The notes: generated by a model not told the origin, from the sequence alone. Counted from the stretch's first letter, positions 1-10,435 are shown. The stretch is 64,000 nt of DNA from Nitrosopumilus sp. (GCA_965205675.1 OZ242186.1:1088001-1152000), one strand, 5' to 3'. Translations and numbers: made by a program.

Positions 1-1
1 A

Positions 2-538
2 GAAGCTAAAGCTGCAATTTATTCTGGAAGAGTAAAGATTGACGGGGTTGTAAGAAAATCACTACATCATGCAATTGGATTAATGGATGTAGTAGAATTA
101 CAAGATGTCGCAGATATTTATCGTCTAGTTCCAACTGAAAACAAATTACTAAAACCAATTAAAATTAACGAGTCAGAAAAATCTAAAAAGCTAGTCAGAG
201 TCACTACTAAAACTATCATTAAGAAAGGTAAATTACAAATTGGATTCCATGATGGGCGCTCAATAATTTCAGATGTCAAAGTAAACATTGGAGACACATG
301 TCTAATTCAAATTCCAGAACAGAAAATTCTCAAAGTAGTCAAGTTAGAAAAAGGTTGTCAGGGACTAGTAACAAGAGGAAATAACGCAGGGCAGATAGGT
401 AAAATTGAAACCATAGAAGAAGGAACATTCATTCTTCCAAAAAGAATTATCCTTGCATTAGGAGATAGAAAAATTGAAATTCCTGCTGACATCATTATGC
501 CAATTGGAAAAGAGGGGCCAATAATTCAATTAAAGTGA
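2..538 (+). CDS. rps4e: 30S ribosomal protein S4e (5' end outside window)
   Basis: GKLQIGFHDGRSI, GNNAGQIGKI motifs; position upstream of L5. Confidence 0.95.
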   Translation, partial: EAKAAIYSGRVKIDGVVRKSLHHAIGLMDVVELQDVADIYRLVPTENKLLKPIKINESEKSKKLVRVTTKTIIKKGKLQIGFHDGRSIISDVKVNIGDTCLIQIPEQKILKVVKLEKGCQGLVTRGNNAGQIGKIETIEEGTFILPKRIILALGDRKIEIPADIIMPIGKEGPIIQLK

Positions 539-542
539 TCAC

Positions 543-1064
543 ATGTCTCAAGTAACAGAATCCCCAATGAAAAAAATCTCTTTAGAGAAAGTAGTCTTAA
601 ACATGGGTGTAGGAAAATCTGGCGATGCTATCAACATTACAAAGATGGCCCTAGATCAAATATCTGGAAAAAAATCTTCTGCACGTAATGCAAAAGAAAC
701 ACAAAGGGATTGGGGAGTAAGAAAAGGAGAACCAATAGGGGTGGCAGTTACAATTAGAGGAGATGACGCAGTAGTATTGCTAAAGAGATTACTTGAAGCT
801 AAAGGCAACACAGTAAATGGCAAATCATTTGATAATTTTGGAAATTATTCATTTGGAATTAGAGAACACATTGACATTCCGGGAGTAAAATACGATCCTC
901 AAATAGGAATTTTAGGTCTAGGCATTTCAGTAGCATTAACTAGACCAGGATATGGGATTCGAACACGAAGTAAACACAAGGCAAGTGTTGGAAAATCACA
1001 CATCATTAAAAGTCAAGAAGCAAAAGACTATCTGGCAAAGGAATTTGGAGTTACTGTAACATAA
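543..1064 (+). CDS. rpl5: 50S ribosomal protein L5
   Basis: KVVLNMGVG, FDNFGNYSFGIREHIDIPG. Confidence 0.97.
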   Translation: MSQVTESPMKKISLEKVVLNMGVGKSGDAINITKMALDQISGKKSSARNAKETQRDWGVRKGEPIGVAVTIRGDDAVVLLKRLLEAKGNTVNGKSFDNFGNYSFGIREHIDIPGVKYDPQIGILGLGISVALTRPGYGIRTRSKHKASVGKSHIIKSQEAKDYLAKEFGVTVT

Positions 1065-1243
1065 TGGCAAAAGACAGATCATATGAAGCAACAGGAAGGA
1101 AAAAACACGACTTTGGAAGGGGTTCAAGATGGTGTAAGCGATGTGGAGACTATACAGCAGTTATTCAAAAATATGATTTAATGTTATGCAGACGATGCTT
1201 TAGAGAAGTAGCAACATCTTTAGGGTTCAGGAAGAACAAGTGA
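1064..1243 (+). CDS. rps14: 30S ribosomal protein S14 (59 aa; absent from ORF track)
   Basis: Own translation MAKDRSYEATGRKKHDFGRGSRWCKRCG...LCRRCFRE; ATG overlaps the rpl5 stop. Confidence 0.95.
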   Translation: MAKDRSYEATGRKKHDFGRGSRWCKRCGDYTAVIQKYDLMLCRRCFREVATSLGFRKNK

Positions 1244-1250
1244 GATAACA

Positions 1251-1643
1251 ATGCCGGCAACAAACATTTTAGCAAATCTATTTGTCACACTTTACAACAA
1301 TGAATCTAGAAGAAAATCAGACTGTGTGATTCTTCCAACATCAAAACTTGGAATTGAAGTTCTAAAAACGCTACAAAAAGATGGATACATTGGAGAATTT
1401 GAACACATCGATGACAAAAGAGGTGGAAAATTCAAGATTAAACTATTGGCAAAAATAACAAAATGTGGAGCAATTTCCCCAAGATTCAAAGTCAAAACAG
1501 ACGAGTATAATAATTGGGAACAGCAATACTTGCCAGCATATGACAGAGGAATGCTTTTAGTTACAACAAACCAAGGAGTAATGTCCCATCACGAAGCATC
1601 ACAGAAAGGAATTGGAGGGTTTTTGATAGGTTATGTCTACTAA
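1251..1643 (+). CDS. rps8: 30S ribosomal protein S8
   Basis: GYIGEFEHIDDKRGGKF, TTNQGVMSHHEA. Confidence 0.97.
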   Translation: MPATNILANLFVTLYNNESRRKSDCVILPTSKLGIEVLKTLQKDGYIGEFEHIDDKRGGKFKIKLLAKITKCGAISPRFKVKTDEYNNWEQQYLPAYDRGMLLVTTNQGVMSHHEASQKGIGGFLIGYVY

Positions 1644-2190
1644 ACAAATTGAAGAATTCAAAGATGAAGTGGCAATACCTGAAAAAGTCACAGTAAGACT
1701 AGACAAACACATGTTACATTTTACAGGACCGTTAGGAAAAACTCACAAAAATTTTAGAAACATTCCAGTAAATATAAAAGTCACTAAAGATAAAATTCTC
1801 ATCACTGCAATAAATTCAAAAAAAAGAGATTATGCAATATTACATACAGCAAGATCAATTATCAGAAATATTTGTGAAGGTCTAATTACAGGTTATACAA
1901 TTAAAATGAAAATTGTATTTTCTCACTTTCCAATCACAGTCAAAGTAGAAGAAAAGAAAATCTTAATTGAGAATTTCCAAGGAGAACGTGCTCCAAGAAT
2001 TACAAACATCGTAGGAAATACAAAAGTAGTTCCTAAAGGTGAAGATGTAATTCTTACAGGCGAAGTATGGACAGATATTACTCAAACTGCAGCAAACATT
2101 GAACTAAAATCTAAAGTAAAGAACAAAGATCATAGAGTATTTTTAGATGGTATCTATGTATTTGAAAAGAAAAAAGGCATAGACAAATAG
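1633..2190 (+). CDS. rpl6: 50S ribosomal protein L6
   Basis: SHFPITV, QTAANIE, DHRVFLDGIYV. Confidence 0.97.
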   Translation: MSTKQIEEFKDEVAIPEKVTVRLDKHMLHFTGPLGKTHKNFRNIPVNIKVTKDKILITAINSKKRDYAILHTARSIIRNICEGLITGYTIKMKIVFSHFPITVKVEEKKILIENFQGERAPRITNIVGNTKVVPKGEDVILTGEVWTDITQTAANIELKSKVKNKDHRVFLDGIYVFEKKKGIDK

Positions 2191-2208
2191 AATCTCTTTA
2201 TTTTACAA

Positions 2209-2496
2209 ATGACTCTAGATCCTGAATTTTCAAAACAAACAACTGATTTAATCCAACAAACATTAGAATTATACAAATCTGCAGGAGCTTCTCCAAGAAT
2301 TGGTGAGACATGGGAATGTGGAAACATTGGTGATTTTTTGTGTGGTTTTTTTGTAGGAGAAATGGTTGGTTCTGCACTAAGTGCATTTCAGATTGTACAT
2401 CAGAGAGAACCAACAGCTGATGAACACTTGGAAATTATCGAATTAGTTGAAAGCCATGCAAAAGAAATTAAAGAATTTTTTGCCAAATTTAACTAA
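2209..2496 (+). CDS. hypothetical protein
   Basis: 95-aa ORF co-oriented with the r-protein operon; W.CGN..DFL.G..VG resembles ORF 31132-31443. Confidence 0.75.
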   Translation: MTLDPEFSKQTTDLIQQTLELYKSAGASPRIGETWECGNIGDFLCGFFVGEMVGSALSAFQIVHQREPTADEHLEIIELVESHAKEIKEFFAKFN

Positions 2497-2567
2497 AGAT
2501 TTTCCAATTTTAGTTGATTTTGTATAGTCGGAAAGATTAAATCACTTTTGCCAAGGTAAAATCGTGT

Positions 2568-2641
2568 GCCTCCCTAGCTCAGCGTGGTAGAGCAACCGGC
2601 TGTTAACCGGTTGGTCACCAGTTCAAGTCTGGTGGGAGGCG
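2568..2641 (+). tRNA. tRNA-Asn(GTT)
   Basis: GCCTCCC/GGGAGGC acceptor stem, ACCGG-CTGTTAA-CCGGT anticodon arm, GTTCAAG T-loop. Confidence 0.97.
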
Positions 2642-2647
2642 CTCTTA

Positions 2648-2669
2648 TTTCTAAACTCGAGTTTTGAAA
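2648..2669. repeat. 22-bp palindrome, imperfect copy
   Basis: TTTCTAAACTCGAGTTTTGAAA just after tRNA-Asn. Confidence 0.7.
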
Positions 2670-2715
2670 CATTATATTTTGGTATTTGTGACATGTCTGC
2701 AACCTAAAATTAATT

Positions 2716-2743
2716 ATATTTCTAAATTCGAATTTAGAAATAT
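2716..2743. repeat. 22-bp palindrome, perfect (extends to 28 bp)
   Basis: ATA-TTTCTAAATTCGAATTTAGAAA-TAT. Confidence 0.85.
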
Positions 2744-2831
2744 TGATCGGTTGTTAGTAATTAGTTCACTCTATTAGACAACATAGATCTAATAGATGAT
2801 CGTACATTAATTATAATGCAGGAGGTTTACA

Positions 2832-3080
2832 TTGGTTAGAACTAGAAGGGCCAACAGGTATTGTGTTGATTGCGGAGCAAGATTGGTGTATTACCCAAGA
2901 TTATCAAACCCAAAAGCTCCAAATGAGCACAGAGTACTAGTGTATGCATGTCCAGATTGTACCGAAGACTTTGAAAAACCAAAAATGTTTTCAATTAAAC
3001 GCAATCAAGTAAAAGATCCTCTAGAAACAGTAGAAATTGAAATTACACAGTTGCAGAAAAAAGCAATAGTAGCAAAGTAA
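2832..3080 (+). CDS. small zinc-ribbon protein
   Basis: CVDC ... CPDC. Confidence 0.75.
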   Translation: MVRTRRANRYCVDCGARLVYYPRLSNPKAPNEHRVLVYACPDCTEDFEKPKMFSIKRNQVKDPLETVEIEITQLQKKAIVAK

Positions 3081-3092
3081 AGAGAAGGGACA

Positions 3093-3320
3093 ATGACATA
3101 TCAAGAAAAAACTAAAAGTAATCTATGGTTTTTGTTACCGATTTTTTTTGGAATCATTGGAGGAATAATTGCATTTTTTATTTTACGAAAAAACGATCCT
3201 CGCAAAGCTAGAAATTGCCTGTATCTGGGAATTATACTTATGTTTGCAGGAATCATATTAAATGGATTCATCGTATATTCAATTCCAGGTTTAGAACCAG
3301 GTTTTAATGTAAACATCTAG
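3093..3320 (+). CDS. small membrane protein
   Basis: Two hydrophobic segments. Confidence 0.75.
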   Translation: MTYQEKTKSNLWFLLPIFFGIIGGIIAFFILRKNDPRKARNCLYLGIILMFAGIILNGFIVYSIPGLEPGFNVNI

Positions 3321-3358
3321 TAATGCGTTCTTTGTTTCTCTAGTAGAGATAATGATTA

Positions 3359-3380
3359 TTTCTAAACTCGAATTTAGAAA
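3359..3380. repeat. 22-bp palindrome, one mismatch
   Basis: TTTCTAAACTCGAATTTAGAAA. Confidence 0.8.
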
Positions 3381-3434
3381 TATTACAAATTCAGCATGAT
3401 AATCATTTAGTTTAGAATCATATAGAACCAATTT

Positions 3435-3896
3435 GTGAGATTTTCTATGAACACATCTAAAATGAGAGATAATGTAGAAAGATGGATAATTCACGAAGGT
3501 CTTACTTTTGAAGAAATAAAAAAAACTGAAAATATCTTTCAAGTGCTAATAAACCATGCAGGGCAATATGGAATTCCAGTAGAAGTATTTGAGCCAAAAA
3601 AACAACCAGGTATTTTGGTTGTTGGTGCAAAAGTAATAATGAAAAATAACCAAATTGCAAGATATTTAGGATTTAGCGTAGAGGAAAAAGAAAAATTTGA
3701 GAAAAAGATGGGCGATTTTTGTTATTCAATACAAGCAATTAACAAGATGATCACAGAGGATGGAAAGCAAAAGATAGGCATCTATGTTGTGATGGATGAT
3801 AAAGAAAACATCAATCAGCAGACAATGATTAAAGCAGTAGATAGTGTTTCTGAAAAATACGATAGGGTTTCCAGATTTTTACTGAAAACATTTTAA
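3435..3896 (+). CDS. DUF2299-like archaeal protein
   Basis: DNVERWIIHEGL N-terminus; size. Confidence 0.6.
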   Translation: MRFSMNTSKMRDNVERWIIHEGLTFEEIKKTENIFQVLINHAGQYGIPVEVFEPKKQPGILVVGAKVIMKNNQIARYLGFSVEEKEKFEKKMGDFCYSIQAINKMITEDGKQKIGIYVVMDDKENINQQTMIKAVDSVSEKYDRVSRFLLKTF

Positions 3897-4087
3897 AAGA
3901 AATAAAAGATTTATCAGCTCTGCATATGCAACTTTGTTTTATTATGATATGTGAGATAATTTCTAGAAAAATATTTCTTATTTTATTTCTATTAATCAGA
4001 AATTTCTAAAAAATAAACTTTTTGTTTCATTAACCAAGGCAGCTATCCTTATGAATTATTTTTATACGTTTCCTTTCTTTTCAGACA

Positions 4088-4594
4088 TTAGGGCACGGCT
4101 TTCGTTAGAGGTTGCGAATAGACATCATCCCAATTCTCAACGGGGTTTAATGCAACTACATGAATTTTTACTGGAACAACTCCCTCATTTACACCATTGT
4201 GTTCTATATCGATTGCCTCAACAAACGAATCTCCCGCATGATAATTTCTAGCAGTTCCTTTATTTTGACATTGTTCAATGTCTATAGAATTATCATCTTC
4301 ATAACAATAGTAAACGGTAAGATCTCCATGCAAAATAGTTACAATTAGAGGAACGTCATGAGTATGCCATCCACTTTCTGCACCGGGTAAAATCTCAACA
4401 AATTGAACATCAACGTTTGGAGGATCTGAAGGATACTCAAAGGATTGTTTCAAGATAGTCTGGTTGATGAAAGCTAATTTTTCAACAAGAATTCTGTTTT
4501 CATCTGTAGTCATTTCTGCATGAATTAATATTCCAGAAAAACCAGCAATTATAATTCCAGTAGCAATTGCAAAGATTATTTTTTTATTCATCAT
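4088..4594 (-). CDS. secreted/anchored cupin-domain protein
   Basis: N-terminal TM; GWHTH...GDL, AGDSFVE...H cupin motifs. Confidence 0.85.
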   Translation of the reverse strand: MMNKKIIFAIATGIIIAGFSGILIHAEMTTDENRILVEKLAFINQTILKQSFEYPSDPPNVDVQFVEILPGAESGWHTHDVPLIVTILHGDLTVYYCYEDDNSIDIEQCQNKGTARNYHAGDSFVEAIDIEHNGVNEGVVPVKIHVVALNPVENWDDVYSQPLTKAVP

Positions 4595-4774
4595 TGCTCT
4601 GATAATGTGAAGAATTTTGGTTATTTAGAGATAATGCTGTGTTTCCCAACATGACTAAAGTATACAACTATCACTCAAATAAGATTTAGAACAAAATATT
4701 TTACATGAAACATAATTGTTCTTTCTAGAGATTGTTTCATATTATAGTTGGTACCGTTCTCTTTTGATTTGATT

Positions 4775-5853
4775 AGACCTCTTGCGTAATTAGACATATT
4801 TTACCATATTACACAAATTCCTTCACAGCAAGATCCAAAGCTAAGAACAACTTAACACATTTCATGTTAACATACAAGCAACTCTCAAAAAAGCCAAAAT
4901 CCCTTCTCTCTTTTACTGGAGTGACTAGGCAACAGTTTGATGTGATTCTAAAGGATGTCAGAAAGAATCACCGTATAGAAGAAAAGAAGAGATTACCCAA
5001 AGCAAAGAGAAAAAAAAGTATCGGAGCTGGGCGAAAGTTGGATTTGAGTCTTGAAGACCAGCTTGTAATGTTGTTTGTTTACTATCGGATGTACCTGACA
5101 TGTGAATTGACAGGATATCTGTTTGGATTAGACCAGAGCAACGTCTACAGAAACATCAGATTTAGAGCCTGCAGTAAGAAAAACAGTTCCTATTCCTGCA
5201 AAACTATACTCTGATTCTAAAAAGATAAATGATGTACAGCAACTCCAACTGTTCTTTCCTGAATTAATTGCAATGACTGATGGTACTGAACAACCAATCC
5301 CAAGACCCCAGAACAAAAAGAAAAGAAAGACTCACTATTCAGGCAAAAAGAAAAAACACACAATAGAAAACCAAATCACCATAAACCAGAAAGGTGAGAT
5401 AATCCACAAACCCCCACATTCTCCAGGTAAAAAACATGATTATGCCATACTGAAAATCAGACATCCAGAACTGCCCGAAGATGTGATGATATTTTATGAC
5501 CTTGGGTATTTGGGAGTGGAAAAAGATTTCCCAGAACAGACAAGCATTCTACCATACAAGAAAAAGAAAGGAAAAAAACTGACCATACATCAAAAGGAAT
5601 GGAACAAGATGCAGTCAAGAATCCGAATAAAAGTAGAACATATTATCTCTCAAATCAAAAAGTTTAGGATTAATTCTGAGACATTTAGGAATAGATTGTG
5701 CAGGTATGATGCAATAAGTGACATCGTATGTGGAATTGTAAATTTCAAGACAAGATGGAAGCAAGAGTTTGTTGTGATTCCATAAGATTAGAAATTATTT
5801 GAAATTAAATTCAATGAAAGATAAGATTTTGTTTGTAATTACGCAAGAGGTCT
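4775..5853 (+). mobile_element. IS5-family (ISL2-like, HTH+DDE) element copy 1; transposase split into ORFs 4864-5214 and 5273-5785
   Basis: TIR AGACCTCTTGCGTAATTA at both ends, ATT target duplication; DGTEQ, DLGYLG, RIKVEH motifs. Confidence 0.93.
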
Positions 5854-5944
5854 ATTATACATGATTATTTGGATCTAGTTTCTGCACAATCCTATGAGTC
5901 TTGCCCCTTTTCCAAACGTATCTTGACTTTAGTCTGGAAATGAT

Positions 5945-5972
5945 GGGGTGAACTAATTTGAGGATAATAGAA
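5945..5972. repeat. isolated IS-end remnant, identical to 46572-46599
   Basis: GGGGTGAACTAATTTGAGGATAATAGAA at both sites. Confidence 0.6.
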
Positions 5973-6032
5973 CAGAATCGATTCATACATAAATTTAAAT
6001 ATTTTAAACTACCGCCTATAAAGCAGATAAAA

Positions 6033-8045
6033 ATGATAGAATATTTAAGATTATCATCATTATCAATTATGTTATTTACTATTTTTGTACTTACAATCCC
6101 AAATGATGATGTCTATGCGCAAGCATTAGAACCTACCCTGAATTTTATATCTGCGGAATACGATGCAGAATCATCGGAACTGAGGATTGAGTTTGATGGT
6201 GAAATTGATGATACCGTTAGGATCGGCCCAATAACATTAAACGGAACAAAAACGGGAGGGATCACACTGTCATCAAATGAAGATGCCGTTTACACTTCGG
6301 CTAATATGGTCATCATAACATTAAATTCAAGCAACGGATTTATCGATGCCGTTTATAATAATCCAAATATTTTTGGACCACTGTTGTTAAACCTTAAGGC
6401 ATGTGAAACCCCAGATGAATCTAAATGTATAGACCCAAAGAAAGACCCAGAGACAGAATCAGGTACAGATTCCGGTGCAGTATCAGGTGCAGGATCAAAT
6501 GCAGAAAAGACAAAAACAAACTATGCATCTCCTAATAACCCCATTACTATAATCAAATCTGAAGAAAAACCCACAATAGAAAGGCATAACAATAGCCTAG
6601 AAGATGAACAGGGTGCCATATATAATGATGTAAAATATCTTACGGGTACAGCCACAAATATGCGCATAATAGAGGTATACCAAAATGATAGAAAGATCGC
6701 AATTACAAATACAGATGATGGTGGACATTGGGAGGTTGACGTAGCACTAGAACCAGGCCCCAACTCATTTCATGCAGTAGCTTGGAATCCAGGATGTGAA
6801 AGATCCGAAAAATCTGATAAATATCCTGAAGAAGAACCTGAAGATGGCCATGACCTTTATGGCATGCCAGATGCAGTTGGACCACGAGGTTATGTTTACT
6901 ATGACGAGGGATACAACCCCCCCCCCCCCACGTGTTATATCAATGACGGAATAGTACACGGAGCAGTAGGTTCAGGATCAACTACAGGCGGACCATCTGG
7001 CGATACTGATGATTCAGACAAATTAGGAAGAGACTCCAATGATTGGAGGAAAAAGCCAACCTTTGGAAAATCATGGGAGGCATCTAGTGAACAAATAGTA
7101 CAAAATGGCTTTGCCTTTAACGGACATATTCTGGATATAACTGACAACTGGCATACAGACTTTGAACTCACTGAATCAATAATTGGCGATACCAACCATG
7201 TTGATATCAAGGTGTACTCAAACGAGATACTACAATATGTGACTTTATCTTTAGGAGTACCACAAGTTGGAGATGCTACCAATGCCGAAACTGACATCAT
7301 TGTAAATCTACAAAGAAATTACAACGTGGAGCAGGATAACAATAGTGACAGCGATTACACAATTACTGAGATACACCATGAACAGACAGAACCTCTAATT
7401 AACGAAGATTTCACTAGAGCTAGCATATCAAAGATAAAATGTATTGATTCATCTACAAACAAGTATTGTCATACCATCGCAATAGACTTTACGATATCTG
7501 CCCCTCTAAAGTCAAATGTTCTTGCAATCTCTGCAGGTGATGGGGAGAGACACAATACCGTCACATACATCAACGACGGTGTTGCCTTTACTGGGGATTC
7601 CTTACTAGAGCCTGCCAAACACGAATTGTTTGTAAAAAAATCATCTCAGGAAAAGGGTATAATGTTGGAACTAGTCCAACTGGATAGAAGATATGCTTTG
7701 TACGAGGACCAATTTGGGAATCAATGGACACATAATAGCTTCATGACTTGGAATAAGATAACACCAGAGGGCTTTGAGCGATTCGAAGATACTCCCACAT
7801 CACACATGACTCGAATGCACTCTGCATGGAATGGTATTGTGGAACATGAAGTAAACCGAGCTACCAGTATATTTGATAGCAGTAAAATTCAGGGCACACC
7901 TGATGAGCCACACACTATCACAGATGACCGATCAGGTGAGGACATATCAAAGTCCCTCAAAAACTCTGAAACCAAAGCTTTGGAGCTCTGGTCTTCAGAT
8001 ATACCATATTATTACCAATCTGTCGATGATGATGAATTTCAGTAA
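6033..8045 (+). CDS. large acidic secreted/surface protein with Ig-like domain
   Basis: Probable start MIEYLRL... with signal peptide ending VYA; GHWEVDVALEPGPNSFHAVA Ig-like segment; Gly/Ser linker; C13 tract. Confidence 0.75.
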   Translation: MIEYLRLSSLSIMLFTIFVLTIPNDDVYAQALEPTLNFISAEYDAESSELRIEFDGEIDDTVRIGPITLNGTKTGGITLSSNEDAVYTSANMVIITLNSSNGFIDAVYNNPNIFGPLLLNLKACETPDESKCIDPKKDPETESGTDSGAVSGAGSNAEKTKTNYASPNNPITIIKSEEKPTIERHNNSLEDEQGAIYNDVKYLTGTATNMRIIEVYQNDRKIAITNTDDGGHWEVDVALEPGPNSFHAVAWNPGCERSEKSDKYPEEEPEDGHDLYGMPDAVGPRGYVYYDEGYNPPPPTCYINDGIVHGAVGSGSTTGGPSGDTDDSDKLGRDSNDWRKKPTFGKSWEASSEQIVQNGFAFNGHILDITDNWHTDFELTESIIGDTNHVDIKVYSNEILQYVTLSLGVPQVGDATNAETDIIVNLQRNYNVEQDNNSDSDYTITEIHHEQTEPLINEDFTRASISKIKCIDSSTNKYCHTIAIDFTISAPLKSNVLAISAGDGERHNTVTYINDGVAFTGDSLLEPAKHELFVKKSSQEKGIMLELVQLDRRYALYEDQFGNQWTHNSFMTWNKITPEGFERFEDTPTSHMTRMHSAWNGIVEHEVNRATSIFDSSKIQGTPDEPHTITDDRSGEDISKSLKNSETKALELWSSDIPYYYQSVDDDEFQ

Positions 8046-8524
8046 TCTCATGCAATGTCAAGGTCTCGTACATACCAATATCAAAAATAACAACTCTAGA
8101 CCTCACACCACAAAAGCACCACGATTAACTTGTGCATGTCAATAGATAGTTCTGTTAAATGATGTTTTTAGCAGAGTCAGTTGAGAATATTCTTTCTTGT
8201 CAGAGCGGATCTCTTTTCAGTTCTTCTCTTAATTCATCATACATACTGTTTAGAAACTCTTCTGCGTGTTTTTTTACTTTTTTCTTATTTTCTATAGACT
8301 CAAAATCAAATTTACCATCATCAGTTAGTTTGAAATACCCTTCACCAAATTCTTTGTTTAATCCTTCTACTGTTCTAGGTTTAAGACATTCTTTATTATG
8401 AGACAAAGCATTACGAAGAAACCTAAGTTTTTTATCAGTAGAACGCTCGTTACATGCTAAGAAAAGATTTCTAATTATTCCTTCAAAATCACAATGTTTC
8501 TCATCTTGTCTGGCTTTACTAGAC

Positions 8525-9766
8525 TGGAGTGGACCCCTGTTTTTAGTACCACTTTTTGCATAATCTTACATACAGTCTGATTCATTTATGTTTTCATCTC
8601 CCATAACTCCATGAATTCATCAGGAGTAAGGTATCCTAACGCTGAATGAATCCTGGAACCATTGTAATCGATTCGTGCTTTCTCTAGAGCAACTTCGGCT
8701 TCCTGATAGTTTGCAAACTCGTACCTCCACAAGTATTCCTTCTTGAGTGTTTTGTGGAATGATTCGACATGTCCGTTTTGTTCTGGCGTGTGGTGCCAGA
8801 TGAATTCGTGTCTTATTCCAAGTAGAACAACTGCTTTTCTGAAATCTCGGCTGTTGTATTGCGAACCGTTGTCAGTTCTGAGAATCAGTTTTGTGCAATC
8901 AGGCTTTGCAGTAGCTACTGCATTAATGATGCTGTCAATTGCAGTGCTCTTTGGAGCTGCCACATCAAATGAATGCCAAATCCATTTCCTGCTAAATGCA
9001 TCAATCACGTTAAAGCAGTAGCACCATCTGTCAACCCCACACCAGACATATGTGATGTCTGTCTGCCACAACTGGTTTGGTGCATCAGGCTTGAATAATG
9101 TTCTGGCAGATTTGATGATGTCATTTTTGGTCTTTTTAGGCTCAATCCAGCCCAATTTGTGAAATATTCTTCTGATTTGTTTTCTGTTTACAGGCTTGTT
9201 CAGTTCCCTTGAGACTTGGGATGCCATGCGTCTGGTTCCATAAGTTGGCCTTTGTTTTCCAATCTTTTGAACTACATCAGTTACTGCAGGATCTGTCTGA
9301 ATCCTTCTTGGTGACTTTGAGTAATACCATTTGGATTTTGAGACTCCAATTAATAACAATGACTTGTTCAAACTGATGTGTTTGTTCAGTTGATTCACTG
9401 CAGTCATCTTTTCTGGTTCTCCAACGTTTTTTTTAAAATGTCATTGGCAATTGTGATCTCGCCGATTAGTTTTTTGAGGGAATCATTTTCCTTTTGCAGA
9501 TTCTTGCAGACATCTCCGTTTGGTGTGCCATTTAATGATGCCTTGCCACCTTCTACAAATCGTTCCCTCCATTGGTAGAATGTCTGTGGATGAATATTGT
9601 ACTTTCTGCACAACTCTGCAGTTGCAATGTTTGTGTTTAGTGACTCTAAAACCACTCTTGACTTTTCTGCTGATGTGAATTTGCTCTTTACCATGAGGGT
9701 AAGCCTCCCAAGTTATCTGAAAAGTGTATGTATGCTACCGGTCCTACTCTAGAGGGGACCAGACCA
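8525..9766 (-). mobile_element. IS3-family element copy 1 (orfA 9404-9694, orfB 8586-9407)
   Basis: TG...CA ends, 1242 bp, AGAC duplication, WQTDITY/DNGSQY/ESFH DDE, A8 slippery site. Confidence 0.95.
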
Positions 9767-9906
9767 AGACCTCTTGCGTAATTATAGAGATTTTTTCTCA
9801 AATTTTGTATTTTAACAGAATTCATACCTGAAAATTCAAATTTCTCAACCAATTTGAAAAATCCTGCAGCAAAATTCACGCCTAGAAATAATTACGCAAG
9901 ACGTCT
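9767..9906. mobile_element. 140-bp MITE with IS5(ISL2-like) TIRs
   Basis: AGACCTCTTGCGTAATTA...TAATTACGCAAGACGTCT; ACT duplication at 8518-8520 and 9907-9909. Confidence 0.85.
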
Positions 9907-10144
9907 ACTCATGTAATATATTTTTTCGATACATTTTCTATTTTTACCATCAATTAATTTTGAAAAATTTTCATCACTCATTCTTAAAACAGTCAAATTA
10001 GTAGTAAGAAATTCCTTATCTTCAAAACGCCCACTAAGTTTAACATTATCTCCAGCAATCTCAGCCTTGTTGCTCTTACAGACTGTAACATTTGTAGAAT
10101 ATCTAAAAGAGTTATACTGGAAATACGGCAAAATTGCAATCATG

Positions 10145-10435
10145 CTAGACTGAGCATCAGTTCACAAATCAAAGAAGGTCAAGGAATATCTTGCAAACAA
10201 TAGAGATGTCAAACTAAATAGTTGCCAAAAGGTTCACCGTACTTGAAGAACATGATAGAACAATGATGGAAGATAAGCAAGTATGCGTTGTTGGTTTCAG
10301 AATATTATGCGATGTTTGCGATGATGAATGATGCAGTGTCAAAATATTTTAGAGTAACAAGATTCAAGCTTGATGTTGCAAATTATATCTTTAGAAATCC
10401 CGCAAAAATGTTCACGAACTTTTGATCGTCACTAT
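10145..10435 (+). pseudogene. IS630 transposase C-terminal remnant
   Basis: HKSKKVKEYL...PKGSPYL...SKYFRVTRFKLD with stops/frameshifts. Confidence 0.75.

Larger units (their letters stand above)
8200..10143 (-). pseudogene. HEPN-motif protein gene disrupted by MITE+IS3
   Basis: Removing inserts joins ...KIYYMS|KARQDEKH...RFLRNALSHNKE... in frame; Rx4H motif. Confidence 0.65.

Noticed and set aside
2568-2760. Provirus/integrative element at tRNA-Asn
   Set aside because: No integrase, att duplication or viral genes seen.
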